DNA of 46,504 nucleotides, counting the filler, from Catajapyx aquilonaris (Eukaryota): the NCBI GenBank assembly GCA_000934665.2. It is 2 parts of 2 records of this genome, joined end to end, with 100 filler letters (N's around TTAATTAATTAA, not from the genome) between each part and the next. Parts side by side here need not be neighbours in the genome. Positions count along the whole stretch, not along the records: positions 1 to 23,285 come from JYFJ02005739.1; positions 23,386 to 46,504 come from JYFJ02005740.1. The stretch is one strand, 5' to 3'. Positions 22,676-34,300 of the stretch are shown here, in pieces. The notes under the pieces are model-generated. The model searched no databases. It was given only the letters and a program-made list of their open reading frames with translations, and was not told the DNA's origin. The first letter of the stretch is position 1; the number at the start of each line of letters is the position of its first letter. A program made the position numbers and the translations under genes.

Positions 22676-23285
22676 TTAACCCACCAATCGGTCGGCACTT
22701 ATTCGAGTTGGTTTCCGTACAGTACATTTTGCACCCACGTGGATAAAAAGTGCGTCAACGACCCCCTGTAAAATGTGACCAAATTATTCATTACATACCT
22801 GCCTATTTCCGGACAACAGTTGCCAGAGTCTGCGCAATTTTATTATCAGTGCCCAGCCAACTGGCATCACACTGAAAAACCCCTTGTTGAGAATCTGGCA
22901 AAACAATATGAGCTTATCGCGCGACTCCATAAAAGGCAGCATTGCAGCTCACACAGCATTTTTCTCCCAGGCTGCGCTTCAAGTGGACTTTGACACTGAC
23001 CTGAGTACACAAGACTGTTGACACCCGATCCTTCACCGACGCTGAGTGTACCGGATGTTAGTCATGCGACGTATAGGAAAATGAAAAGAAAGGTGGACCC
23101 TGTCTGTACGACTGTGACCAATTATAAAAGTGGGCCTTCCCGGAAAACGGGGAAAATCCAAGGCCAATAACTGGTTCAAAATTGATCCCAGGCAGCTGCC
23201 GGGTGCTAAACAACCCCATATGGGCCTGGAGGGACACTTTAACAGCCCTCGAGCTGTAAACTGAGAGGCAACCCCTCTTGAGGGT

Positions 23286-23385
23286 NNNNNNNNNNNNNNN
23301 NNNNNNNNNNNNNNNNNNNNNNNNNNNNNTTAATTAATTAANNNNNNNNNNNNNNNNNNNNNNNNNNNNNNNNNNNNNNNNNNNN
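23286..23385. other. Assembly gap with artificial TTAATTAATTAA linker
   Basis: 100-nt block: 44 N + TTAATTAATTAA (23330-23341) + 44 N; the 12-mer puts stop codons in all six frames. Confidence 0.92.
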
Positions 23386-24167
23386 CCCCCCCCCCCCCAG
23401 AAAAAATTCCTGGACCCGCCACTGTTAGGACTAATGGGAGGTCAAGGAGGATTCGACTGTAGTTTGTCAGTTACATTCACCTAGGCTTGCGTAACCTTGA
23501 ACAACAAAAAAATTTCTGACAGAGCATGGAATCGCCAGGCTCATTAGTCAATTCCCTCAATGTTGTTATTGACTTTTTAAAACAAAGTTAAGATTTTTAA
23601 CGTAGATCTTTCTGACATAATTGCTTCGGTTCACTCTGATTTGACTTGACATTATACCTTAGGTACAGATTTTGAGAGTGGGAAGGAGCCAAAACATATA
23701 AGGCTATCTGGATGTTAGAAGATACACAGATGGGGCTGATGGAGATAGAAACGAAGGGGAAAAGAAGAAATACTGGATTTTTATTTATATCTTTGACTAG
23801 ATAATATCAGATAATATGGAATGGCGACAGTCATCACAACACAATACTGCTTACATACTTTTCTACAGAATTCATCTGGTTATATAAAACTTGAAACAAT
23901 CTTGCACACTAAAAATTATCATCATAGGTTGCTGCAAAATCAATAATGGAAGGGTGCCTTTGAAAAATGGGTGGTACCAGAAATGCATTCTCGGATGTCC
24001 ATCTACTATACTGATCTATACTTACCATACTAAATGTAACTTCTTATTGTCATTTGACTTCTAACTTTGAAGAAGCCCCGCCCCTAACTTATTCGAAGGG
24101 TGCATTCAGGTATTGGTTTACTGAATAGGTGAGCTAGGGTGACGTTATAAAATCAACAACACGGCCG

Positions 24168-24193
24168 CATAGACCTTACTAGTAAGGTCTATG
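24168..24193. mobile_element. 26-bp perfect palindrome between 8-bp direct repeats (TIR-only remnant or P-type excision footprint)
   Basis: CACGGCCG-[CATAGACCTTACT|AGTAAGGTCTATG]-CACGGCTG. Confidence 0.6.
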
Positions 24194-25499
24194 CACGGCT
24201 GAAAATCGAAAGTGTTTTGTGACCCATCAATATCCGTTTTCGCTGCCAATCTGCTGGCTCTGTGCCATTCTTGACCTGGGGTCAAAGCCGTGCCTCATCA
24301 GGGTTGCCCATAGCAGGCTGCGGCTGGTACGAGCAGCAGGAACACAATGGGGTCCTAGCCTACATTTGGCAAACCCATGTAAAAAATTGTAATTATTTTT
24401 AAATGAATTTTGGTGCTTTTTGTTTGAAGAAATAAATATTAGTTGTTGAGCTATGATCAATCTAAGTTCGAAGATCATAATTATACGGTACGGTATCGTA
24501 TTGCCCTCTGACATCACTGCTGTCCAAAAATCAACAAAAGATCAGGAATGCACCCGGCGTGCACCCGGGTTGCTTTGTTCCTTTGTTTGTTGCCTAACAA
24601 CGGAATCGAACGACCGCAAGTAAAGCTGAATAGAACGGAACTGCCATTAAATAAGCCGAATTGAACGACCGCGAGGCAACGACCTGCTGACGTCACTGTT
24701 GTCCGAGCCCCCCNCCCCCCCAATTTGCTAGTGACTTTTAAACCCCCGATAATTAACCGAGGAATGACATTTTGGTGCCGAAAAGTGGTACAATGAATGT
24801 TTATAAGTATGGTTGAGCTATTCGTGTACAAATTACCCAAATCCCAGGCCAAGGCTAGGACCCCATTACATATTTCCTTTCTCCGTGTTATTTACCAATC
24901 TCCCGTGGCAACAAGAACAATATATTGATGTTTTCAAAACGAACCCCATTAGGAATATCTCAGAAGAAAAAACTTCAAAGTGGCCAGAAGCATGGTGGAA
25001 CATAACTCGTATTTATACCGTATTAATACCGTATTACCTCTCATAAAGCGGCATGCCGGTGTAGTCGAGGTCGACCAGTTTTTAGAAATAATGCATGATC
25101 TGGTGGCTATACCAGCATCGCAGCATGCCAGTGTAAGGCGAGGTTTTCACATAAGTTACATTATCCTTTCCGAACGTGAATTTCGATTTTCAGGCATCCA
25201 TATATTGTTTTCAATAATTTCAGTGTCTGGCAATAATATCTGTTTAAACAGTATGTTGCAGCAGGTGGTTCCCCTGTCAAACCCCCTCACGATGGGATGA
25301 CTCACACACTCTAGATTTTTTAAAATATACACTGTGTAACAGAACTTGCATATTCTCACAACATGTACACCCGCCCATTTTCATTGTATCATTATTTAGT
25401 TCGGTACCAGGGAGTTGCCTCCTTGCCAGCAAAGTAGACGGACGCGTGATGAGGGGCGCTCTCCCTCAAGGCCGTACATTACCATTCAAATCCGATAAA

Positions 25500-25760
25500 A
25501 TGGGGGTGTCCAAGGAAGATATGGTTGATCTGTTGCAAATCTTGGAGAAGAAGCTGGATACCAAGATTCATGGGGCAATTGAGTCGGTAGCCGAGAAGTT
25601 AACAATAACAGAGCTCACGAAGATACTGGACAAGAAGACGGAAGAGCAAAACGAAAATGTGAACAAGCTCCATTCCATGGTGTCGGACCTTGCGAACCAG
25701 CTCGAATTTTCGACTTCCAAGATTCTGGCACTTGAATCCAGAACTGTCGACATGGGGGCA
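25500..25760 (+). pseudogene. Truncated coiled-coil ORF resembling the N-terminus of a LINE ORF1 protein
   Basis: MGVSKEDMVDLLQILEKKLDTKI...VNKLHSMVSDLANQLEFSTSKILALESR heptad pattern; intronless; runs into unrelated repeat-like DNA at about 25757. Confidence 0.4.
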
Positions 25761-26243
25761 ATTCCACGTGAACGTGATCACCTTTTTCACGAAAAAATTT
25801 GCCAGTCGATGAGTGTGAGATATGTTTGAGTCCATGTCAAGTTATGACCTTTCCCATAAGGATTTGGTCTGCCGATGCGTGGTTGCCTATCTACAGGAGC
25901 TAATTGCACTTGGATCACGGTTAGAGGCGCCCCCCTATTACATTTACATGACAACGTAAATGCATGATGTAATACATGTTTCATGTGTGAAATTGTCTCC
26001 TCTTTCTGACAAAAATAGTCACTTTCCGATAGCTGTGCAAATTCATGTCAAAATGCGACATTTTTGCAAACAAATGACATTTTCAAAAAGAGAGCCAAAG
26101 TCAAATGGCATTATATTGATATCAAAATACACCTCACAGTGTCCTCTATCAGTGGTACAAGCGGAATTTTGGAATACGAACTGGTTCCGGAGCTATAGGT
26201 ACTGACGTGGAGAGGTGCAGGAGTGCAATTCCATTATAGTCTA

Positions 26244-26677
26244 CAGGGTGCGGAAATTGAATCTACCTTCGCTTTGGGAAGTGATAGAGGGGTTCCAGGC
26301 GATCACTTTGAGTATATGCAACATGGGTCTCAGACGCATAATGACCGAGATAATGTGCTTTACACACAAGGTATAAAATATCCTGGCACGTATGCGTCCC
26401 TCCACGCGACCTTACCTTTTTAATTTAAATTTAAGGTTTTACCAGGTAATTTAATTTCAATTTACGATCCTGGTAGGAGTAGCAGGGAATGGCCTAGGCG
26501 ATGGAAGTGTCGTAAGCAGTATCCGAAACGTATAATCTGGGATAATGCACTTTTATTTCATGATAATTATCTCGGTAACTATGATTCGGAGACCCACGAT
26601 TCATATATTTAAAATGATCGTTTGGAAGCCCCCTACCATCCCCCAAAGCGAAGGTAGATTAAATTTTCCGCACCCTG
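26244..26677. mobile_element. Tc1/mariner-type MITE
   Basis: TA TSD; TIR CAGGGTGCGGAAA...AATCTACCTTCGCTTTGGG. Confidence 0.85.
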
Positions 26678-26708
26678 TATGGTACAAGTCTCAACAGTGA
26701 ATGTTCAT

Positions 26709-26768
26709 TTGGACTGTGACTAGGAACGAATAGACAATATTGTCTATTCGTTCCTAGTCACAGTCCAA
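26709..26768. repeat. 60-bp perfect palindrome
   Basis: TTGGACTGTGACTAGGAACGAATAGACAAT|ATTGTCTATTCGTTCCTAGTCACAGTCCAA. Confidence 0.92.
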
Positions 26769-27054
26769 CTAAGTAAACACTTGGAGTGCTCAAATGTCCA
26801 GCCGTGTCCAGCACAGTACAACGAATTATTTTACGACCCTGCCGGGGCGCGTTCTATAACATCATTTTTGCGTTCATTTCACTTCGCGTGAAGTCAACAT
26901 TTTCGAGGCAAACAGTGACGTCACTATTTGCCTACGAAAAAACGCCAATATCTCCGGAACTGAAACTGCTATCTTAAAACGGAATACGCCAAAAAAATCC
27001 AAAAAATATGGGCGAATTTATTATGTAGTTTCCAAAATGAAGGCTAGTTCCCCA

Positions 27055-27240
27055 TTAACTTAATTATGATTACACAAATGGAGCTTTCAACGTTTCAAAT
27101 ATATCATGAGATAGACAAAGATTTGCACTATCCAGGGTTCACAGGGGGATTTTTTTTTGGCCTCAGGGAAGTGTCAGAAAAAAATTCACTTGGCGGAGTA
27201 ACGTCGGCAACTAGTTAAAAAAAAAACGACACTTTTCCCC
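27055..27240. mobile_element. Terminal arm of the fold-back element family found at 40930-41984
   Basis: TTAACTTAATTATGATTACACA...AGACAAAGATTTGCACTATC...AACGTCGGCAACTAGT matches 41811-41984. Confidence 0.75.
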
Positions 27241-27558
27241 CTTCTTTTTGCGATAAAAAATTCGAGACTGATGATAGGAAAACAACTCGCATATAATATG
27301 TAACATGGACTTAAACGAGCTTTCAAAAGATATATAACTTAATTTTTTTAAATCATCTGCCTGGAAGTTGTTTAGAGTCAAACACAGGGGTCTATGTTAA
27401 ATAAACGGATAGTAGTGACATTGACAAATTGACAAATATCTTATTCTGACTATTACTGAGCTTTTACTTGATGTTCACTGAACAATATTGTTGTATTGAA
27501 CACTGAACATTCTGGATATTGACTGGGGCATTCATGAATATTCAATGAACATTATTTT

Positions 27559-27806
27559 GAGGGGTCCGGTGGAAAAACATGACAACCCTCACTTTTGTCA
27601 TTTCTGACCTGAACACCTAGCAACTATGTAAAAGACATGACAAACAGTTTGGTATACTATAAGTTCACGTATCATGCATGAGACGGCAACACATACTAGA
27701 TCAAAACCCACATTCCCTATGATTTGTGAAGAGAATGCAAACTTCAATTTGCTCTCTTAAAAAATTACACTTTTGTGGGTTGTCAAGTTTTTCCACTGCA
27801 CCCCTC
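27559..27806. mobile_element. MITE with GAGGGG termini
   Basis: TIR GAGGGGT(C/G)C(G/A)GTGGAAAAAC(A/T)TGACAACCC; TSD not resolved. Confidence 0.75.
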
Positions 27807-28034
27807 ACTTGTGTGTTACTAGGTTTGCCTATGGGCTAAAGCATAAAGCAATTCCTTCGTTACAAAAAATTATTTCCAATTTTCTTGCATGTATGTGTGA
27901 TCATCCTGTGGTGGGAACAATATATTGAAAATTTACTTTTACCCACTACTTCTCTCAGTTTCCCACACCTTTTTGTCACCAAGTGGTTTTCAAGAATAAA
28001 TATACTTCATGCCCATGTTTCAGGAATGAGTTGT

Positions 28035-28370
28035 TTAGTGTCCTTCTGTGACACTAACATGGAAATCACCCTTTACTATATCAGCTGGCTGGAGCAAGAT
28101 CAGGGCTGTGGATGGGTCAGTCAACTGGAAACTGGCAGGGTCCATGGCATCTAGGTCAACATCAGTGGCATCATCAGGCGGCTTATCCAGATATGCTTCA
28201 TCAGTCGGCATCAAGTTCAGGACTAGAGAGGAACCAATTGACGAGCTCTCAGTTTGGGACAACACCACATTTGGCTTGGCTGTTCTACGCTGTGTCCCAT
28301 GGGCGGTGTGAATGCGGCAGTGCTTTTTCAGATTGCTTGTGTCCGAAAAACAGCGGCCACATTCATTGCA
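28035..28370 (-). CDS. ZAD-ZNF terminal exon: last C2H2 finger and acidic tail
   Basis: ttccag|CNECGRCFSDTSNLKKHCRIHT...; TAA at 28037-28035. Confidence 0.82.
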   Translation of the reverse strand, partial: CNECGRCFSDTSNLKKHCRIHTAHGTQRRTAKPNVVLSQTESSSIGSSLVLNLMPTDEAYLDKPPDDATDVDLDAMDPASFQLTDPSTALILLQPADIVKGDFHVSVTEGH

Positions 28371-31300
28371 CTGGAATGGGCAGAATGAGTAACACTTCAA
28401 TTTGTATTCTGAGAGCATAGGAGTTATTCTGCAATTTTGCACTGGAGGCTTGGCAGTTGGACAAATGTACCTCCATTTGAATGCCCTAATAATGAATGCT
28501 GCCTGCATCTGGCTCCTACTTCCCACAAACATCCAGTGACCAAATCACACTAGAACCTACCATAGAGTGAGTGACTGTGAGTTATTGTTTGCAGACACAG
28601 ATCTGGGGTAAGAACAATGGTAGCAACAACTATCTTGTTCAAAATTTCAGTAGTAATTGCAGAACCATGGTTTAAAATCTTAAAATCTTTAAAATCAGAG
28701 GGAAGTGCCTATTAATGTTTTGATCTATGGTGACAGCCAAAGGATCCCTCACAGGTTCATTTCCATGTTACTAAAAAAAATTTGTAATGTTCTTCACCCC
28801 TTCTGTACCAGATAGGCCCTAACCATGTAGATTTCAGCCTACGCCCACTCCGAAGATACGGACAAGATATTTTACCAATAATAACAGATACTTATCTGGG
28901 AAAACACTATGAATGTGTCTGGAACAATTTTACTAGTCTAGAAGTCCGTAAATTAATTTCCAAAAAAGGGCTATGAAAACTCTAAATTAGAGTACTGCCA
29001 GCCAACTGTTAGGCTGATTTAATTGTGAAATGCATGAAAATATACTGAATAACAACCTTGAGAACCATGCCATGCGAATTTGCTGAAATAGCAGTACTTT
29101 GCGAGAAATAAATTATTATGGTACTTATTTCAGGTTTCCTGGCACTCCAGAAAACTCCCAAACTGCTTGGACTACCATATGAGATGAATTTGCTTGAAAT
29201 CGTGGTACTTCGCGAGAAGCAAATATTTGGGCGTTTTCCTAAGTAACAGGAAACCGCAAATAAGTATTAATTTATTTCTTGCAAAGTACGGTGATTTCAT
29301 CAAATTCGTCTGGCATGGTTCTCAAGGTTGTTGTTCCGCATATTTTCATGCATTTCTCAATTAAATCAGCCGAACAGTTGGTTGGCAGTACCCTAATTTC
29401 GAATTTTTATAGCCCTTTTTTGGAAATTAATTTAGGGACTTCAAGACGAGTAAAATTGTTCCAGACACATTCAGTGTTTTCCCAGATATGGTAAGTATGG
29501 CTGTTATTATTGGCAAAATATCTTGTCCGAATCTTCGGAGTAGGTGTAAGCTGAAATCTACGTGGTTCGGGCCTATCTGGTAGTGAAGGGGTTAATAATA
29601 TCCTCCTGAGACCTGGTGTCGACGTATGTCGGCATCAGCAAATAAATTTTTTGGCGCCAACTAGTGATGCCAACAGAACTGTAATCTGTTGGTATCTCAT
29701 GATTACAATCTGGCCTCAATAGGTGTATCCACCTAGTGTTGAATATCTGACTTTGGCCGCGAAAATTGAACCACTTATGAAAATGGCGGATTCCGCTGCT
29801 GAAGCTAGGTGCTCATATGATAAGTTTTATATTTTTACTCATATTTAGAGGGCGATTTTTGCAATGCAGTGAATGTCCTGGGATTCTCAAGGTATGTGTA
29901 TTAGGAAATACGAAAAGATGTGTCTGTAACAATCTTTGTTGCTGTAGAGAACTGGTAATTTTCTTTTCTTCCTGAGACCAAATGCCCATTTAAATGGACA
30001 TCCGAAATTATTATTTTTAGCTGAATGGGCTGTGGCATTTCTTTAAAGGGACACTGCACTCAAAAAACAAGTTTGCCTCTAAAAATCGGGCAAAAAACCT
30101 GAATCCGACTGTACAATTCGTTTTTCGCTACGCGGAACGGTAATCCCAGGGCGAGGTGTCAAAGTGTGTCGTCTGCTAATGAGCGGCGCCGCCACGCGGG
30201 GAACAGGGGAACAGGAAGGCTGCACCGCTCTGGGATGGGCCTAAGCGCGCGGGCAGGTGGGAGCAGCCCTCCAGTTCTCAAGGGCCCGAGGGCGGATGGC
30301 CAGCAGCTTCTAGCGCACTATTTGAATTTCTCCACTTTGACCCTTCGCCTTGGGATTACCGTTCCGCGTAGCGAAAAACGGATTGCACCTTCGGATTCAG
30401 GATTTTTTGCCCGATTTTTAGAGCCAAACCTGTTTTTTGAGTGGAGTGTCCCTTTCAGTGCCTGTACCTGTACACCCATAAGGAAGTGTGCTTTGCATTA
30501 TACAGTTCAGTTTTAAAATCTAGAATAGCAAGGTACCATACTAGGGGGTAAGAAGGGTAGGAAGGGAAGGAGCAAGCCCCATGCCTGGAGTGGTGGTGTT
30601 CAAAAATAATTTCATTTATCTTTAATTGTCTTCTGAGAGGAATTGCTACCACGAATTCCACAAATGAATTTTAAAAACATTGTTTTGAGGATAGAGCACT
30701 ATGTTAGTGATCCATTAAGTGGTATTTAAATTTTCTGCTTTCATCAGTTCTGCTTTTGTAGCAGCCAATTGCGTCCTAATGCTCTCATTGGTTGTTTGTC
30801 ACTATTTTTGTAGATATTTTAAAACTTAAAAATTTTTCTCGTTTCTTATTGGGAAAATGTTCAGAAAATGCAATAGGAACTGACATTGCGTTAAAAATTC
30901 TTCTCGGGTCTCAGGAGGATATCAGAAGCAAAAGTGAAATTCAGTTTTTTCCTACCGATAGCCTGAGCTATAAGCCCCCGCAACATTATTTTAGTACGGT
31001 ATCAGATGCATTCCAAAAAATTTGACAAGGATCAAAATTATGGAAATCTACCTCGGGTATTGTGGCATGCTGGCCACCCCCGGGTTATATCGGCATGCTG
31101 GTCAACCTCGTTTTATACCAGCGTGCAGTTTAAGTGAGGTAATGCGGTATTTTGATAACAGCTAAGAGGGACTGTGCAAAAGTAACTGGTTAATAATCCA
31201 TTTAGTGCTTATAAATTGCTAACCACTGAGGACAATTCAAATAATGAACACCGTATAACTATCACAAAGTGAAACAAATTTTGGAACTTATTCAATGACC

Positions 31301-34300
31301 CTTGTATGATCCCCAGACTATCCTACCCCAGCCTTACGGAGACCTCTGTGAGCTTGGTTGCTCTCCCCCACCCAGCTGTTTCCCAAGGTGGTTTGGGTGA
31401 AAGACTCTTTGTACCACAGCAGGATTGGCAGGATCCAGAGCACTTTCGTAGCTACTCATCTGCCAGTGCTCCAGATCCAGTGCTCTTTGCATTGCAGCTG
31501 GGTCTGAAGCAGTTCGCAGAGTCATCCGCCCAAACTGCCTTGGGGACTCTGGCGTTACAGCAGCGCCAAATCTGCCAAATCGAAGAGCAACTAAGGTCAC
31601 GCAATGGGGGGAGTATTGGGACTGGTATATTATAAGACCATGGTCTAGATTATGACATGATTTCTGATTGCAACTCACCTTAAATGGCTTCTCCCTTGTG
31701 TGAACCCTGGAGTGCCGGAAGAGCCCATTCTTTGTCACAAACTCTTTGTCACATATGCGACACTTCTCAGGTTTCTTTCCCACATGTCGTAACAAGTGTG
31801 CCTCCAGATTCTCCTTGTACCGGAATCCTTTGGAGCACACATTGCACTGGAAAGTTGTTGAATCTAGATGTACCCGGGAATGACTACGAAGTTGAGCAGA
31901 TGTTACAAACACCCTCTTGCAAATGGAGCATTCAAAGGGTTTCTCTCCAGTGTGGGTACGGAGGTGGTCAGAGAGGTGGTGGGCTTGGCGGAACCTATGC
32001 CCACACTCGCTGCAGGCATGTGTACGAGAGGTGTCTGTGTGGATGCGGACATGGTTGCTCAGGCCAGGTCGTGTAGAAAACCTCTTCCCACAAAACTCGC
32101 AACAGTATCTGCAAGAGTAAAAGTCACTAAAGCCCAGGAAAATAGCCAAAACATATCTTTACAACACACTTCAATGTGAAGTATGGATTGCAACGATGAG
32201 GGTTAAGCCATGTGTCACAGAGAGCCAGTTGCATGATCAATAGTAAACACGCAGAAAGTGATGTGAATGACTGCTTTTTCTGGGTTTACCATTAATCACA
32301 CACTCCTAAAACCGCAGCTCAAATCAGGTCTGGTGAGACAGGGTTTAAACCACCTCTGATGCAGGTTTGAAAAGTGACTCAGCCCTTTTTAACCGTATGT
32401 CTCCCGAGGTTGTATCATATTATATTACAACCACATAAAAATAATTTTTTTCAAATTCACTGGTATAACCCCGATGGAAATTTCTTTCACCATAGCCTTA
32501 GGTAACTCTTCTAGTTTCTAAGGGAGGCATGGTGGTCTGGTGGTTACGCCACTGGCCAGCCAAGCCAGAGGCCGGGGTTCAAATCCCGTCCCCGTCATCT
32601 CTGCTTGGCCGGGTCTTTTTCCGCTTTTCACCTGACATGCCGGGGTAGAATTGCACTCCCTATTCTGCCCAGGGCCAGGAGAAAAGGTCTGGTGTATTTC
32701 AGCAAGTCAGAAATGACTATAATTACAGTGCCCTCCCTCGGGAACCTCCCCCTTCCCCCCTAAAAGGGCTCCACCCTATCACAGGGTATTAATAATAATA
32801 ATAATTATTATTATTATGATGATGATGATGATGATTATTATTATTATTATCTCTTCTAGTTTCTATGTTCATGAGTATTTACACCACCCAAGTGATATTT
32901 TTAATCACATGATGTCATAAGGCAAAGGTCTCTTCATTGTAAACAAACACTAGTGCACGAATTTAAATAGACACAGCTACCTCCCACATATAATACAATA
33001 CCTCGGACATGAGCAATGGCCAAGTTACAGCAAGAGAAATTCCATTAAATTTTTTTGATGATTATCTGTTTAAGCAGTGGACGTGCAGCTGAAAACCATT
33101 TAAAAATTCCCGAAATTCTGCGACTTACTTTTCGCCGGGGAAAAAATCATAATGATCTGTCAAGGGGAGGCTAACTCCCCCAGCGCCATTTCGGCCGTAA
33201 AAAGTGTCCTCGCTCCTGATTGGCCGGGCCGAGTGCCACCTGAGCCACCTTTTTTGCACCTGGTGGCTCACATTACCTACTTTTAAACTGGACCTTTAAA
33301 ATTTTTTAAACGGACACTTAATGTTTTCATAATATTTATCAGAGGGAGTGGGCAATCATGTAGCATTATTTTGGATTATCATGAGGGGTGGAAGCCACCT
33401 AAAAAAAATTGCGTAGATGTCACAATAGGATGACGTCACCGTCTCCTGGGGTTGACGCCTTCTCTCGAGATGCAGCATAGGTTGGTAGGTCTCGCACGGT
33501 TCAGCCCCATCTTGTGCATGAATCGAGAGCGAAACCAATGGTCCAGTGATTTTCACCTAGGGCGCTATTTTTTAATCCCCACCCAAAATGTGCAGAATCC
33601 AGCGGCAAACATAGGGTTAAACTTCCAGCTGAGGTCAAACCAGATTAAACCATGGCCTTATCAATCTTAATAATAATGGATACCCTGTGATAGGCCCCTT
33701 GGGCCTCTTAGGGGATCATCTTTTGAATAACCGGCTTTAATCATTTGCCTGTAATGTGATGGATTTTGATAGCGGGAGGAAACGGAAGAACCCCGAGAAA
33801 ACCCACGCGAACACGGAGATAACCCATCGAAACTCTATCCACATAAGTATTCTCCGTCCGACCCGGGGATCGAACTCGGGACCTTAGAGGTGGAAGGCTG
33901 CGGCGCTAACCACTCGGCCACCGTGTCGCCCTGGCCTTATCAATCAACTCCTAAGGGCCAGTTGCACCATCCCAGATTTCACTCAGAGCCCGATGTTTTA
34001 GCCCTCAAAACCATAGTGTTACACCAGCATGAATTTCAGCAAACTTGGTATTCCAATATCCGAGTTTCGTATACCATCCCATTTTCCAGGGGTTCAGTCC
34101 CAAACCCGAGATACACAATGTGGTGGTCCACATAAGGATATCTGCAATTATATATGTTATAAAACTAATACTTTAAATAATAACTGTCTTACCTCCCTTA
34201 AAGCGGCATGCTGGTGTCGTCGAGGTCGCCCAGTTTTTAGAAATGCACGATCTGGTGGCTATACCAGCATGCTGGTCTAAGCGAGGTATTCTGGTATAAG

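Noticed and set aside
28371..28532. 5' part of ORF 28035-28532
   Set aside because: Lies upstream of the ttccag acceptor that completes the split zinc finger
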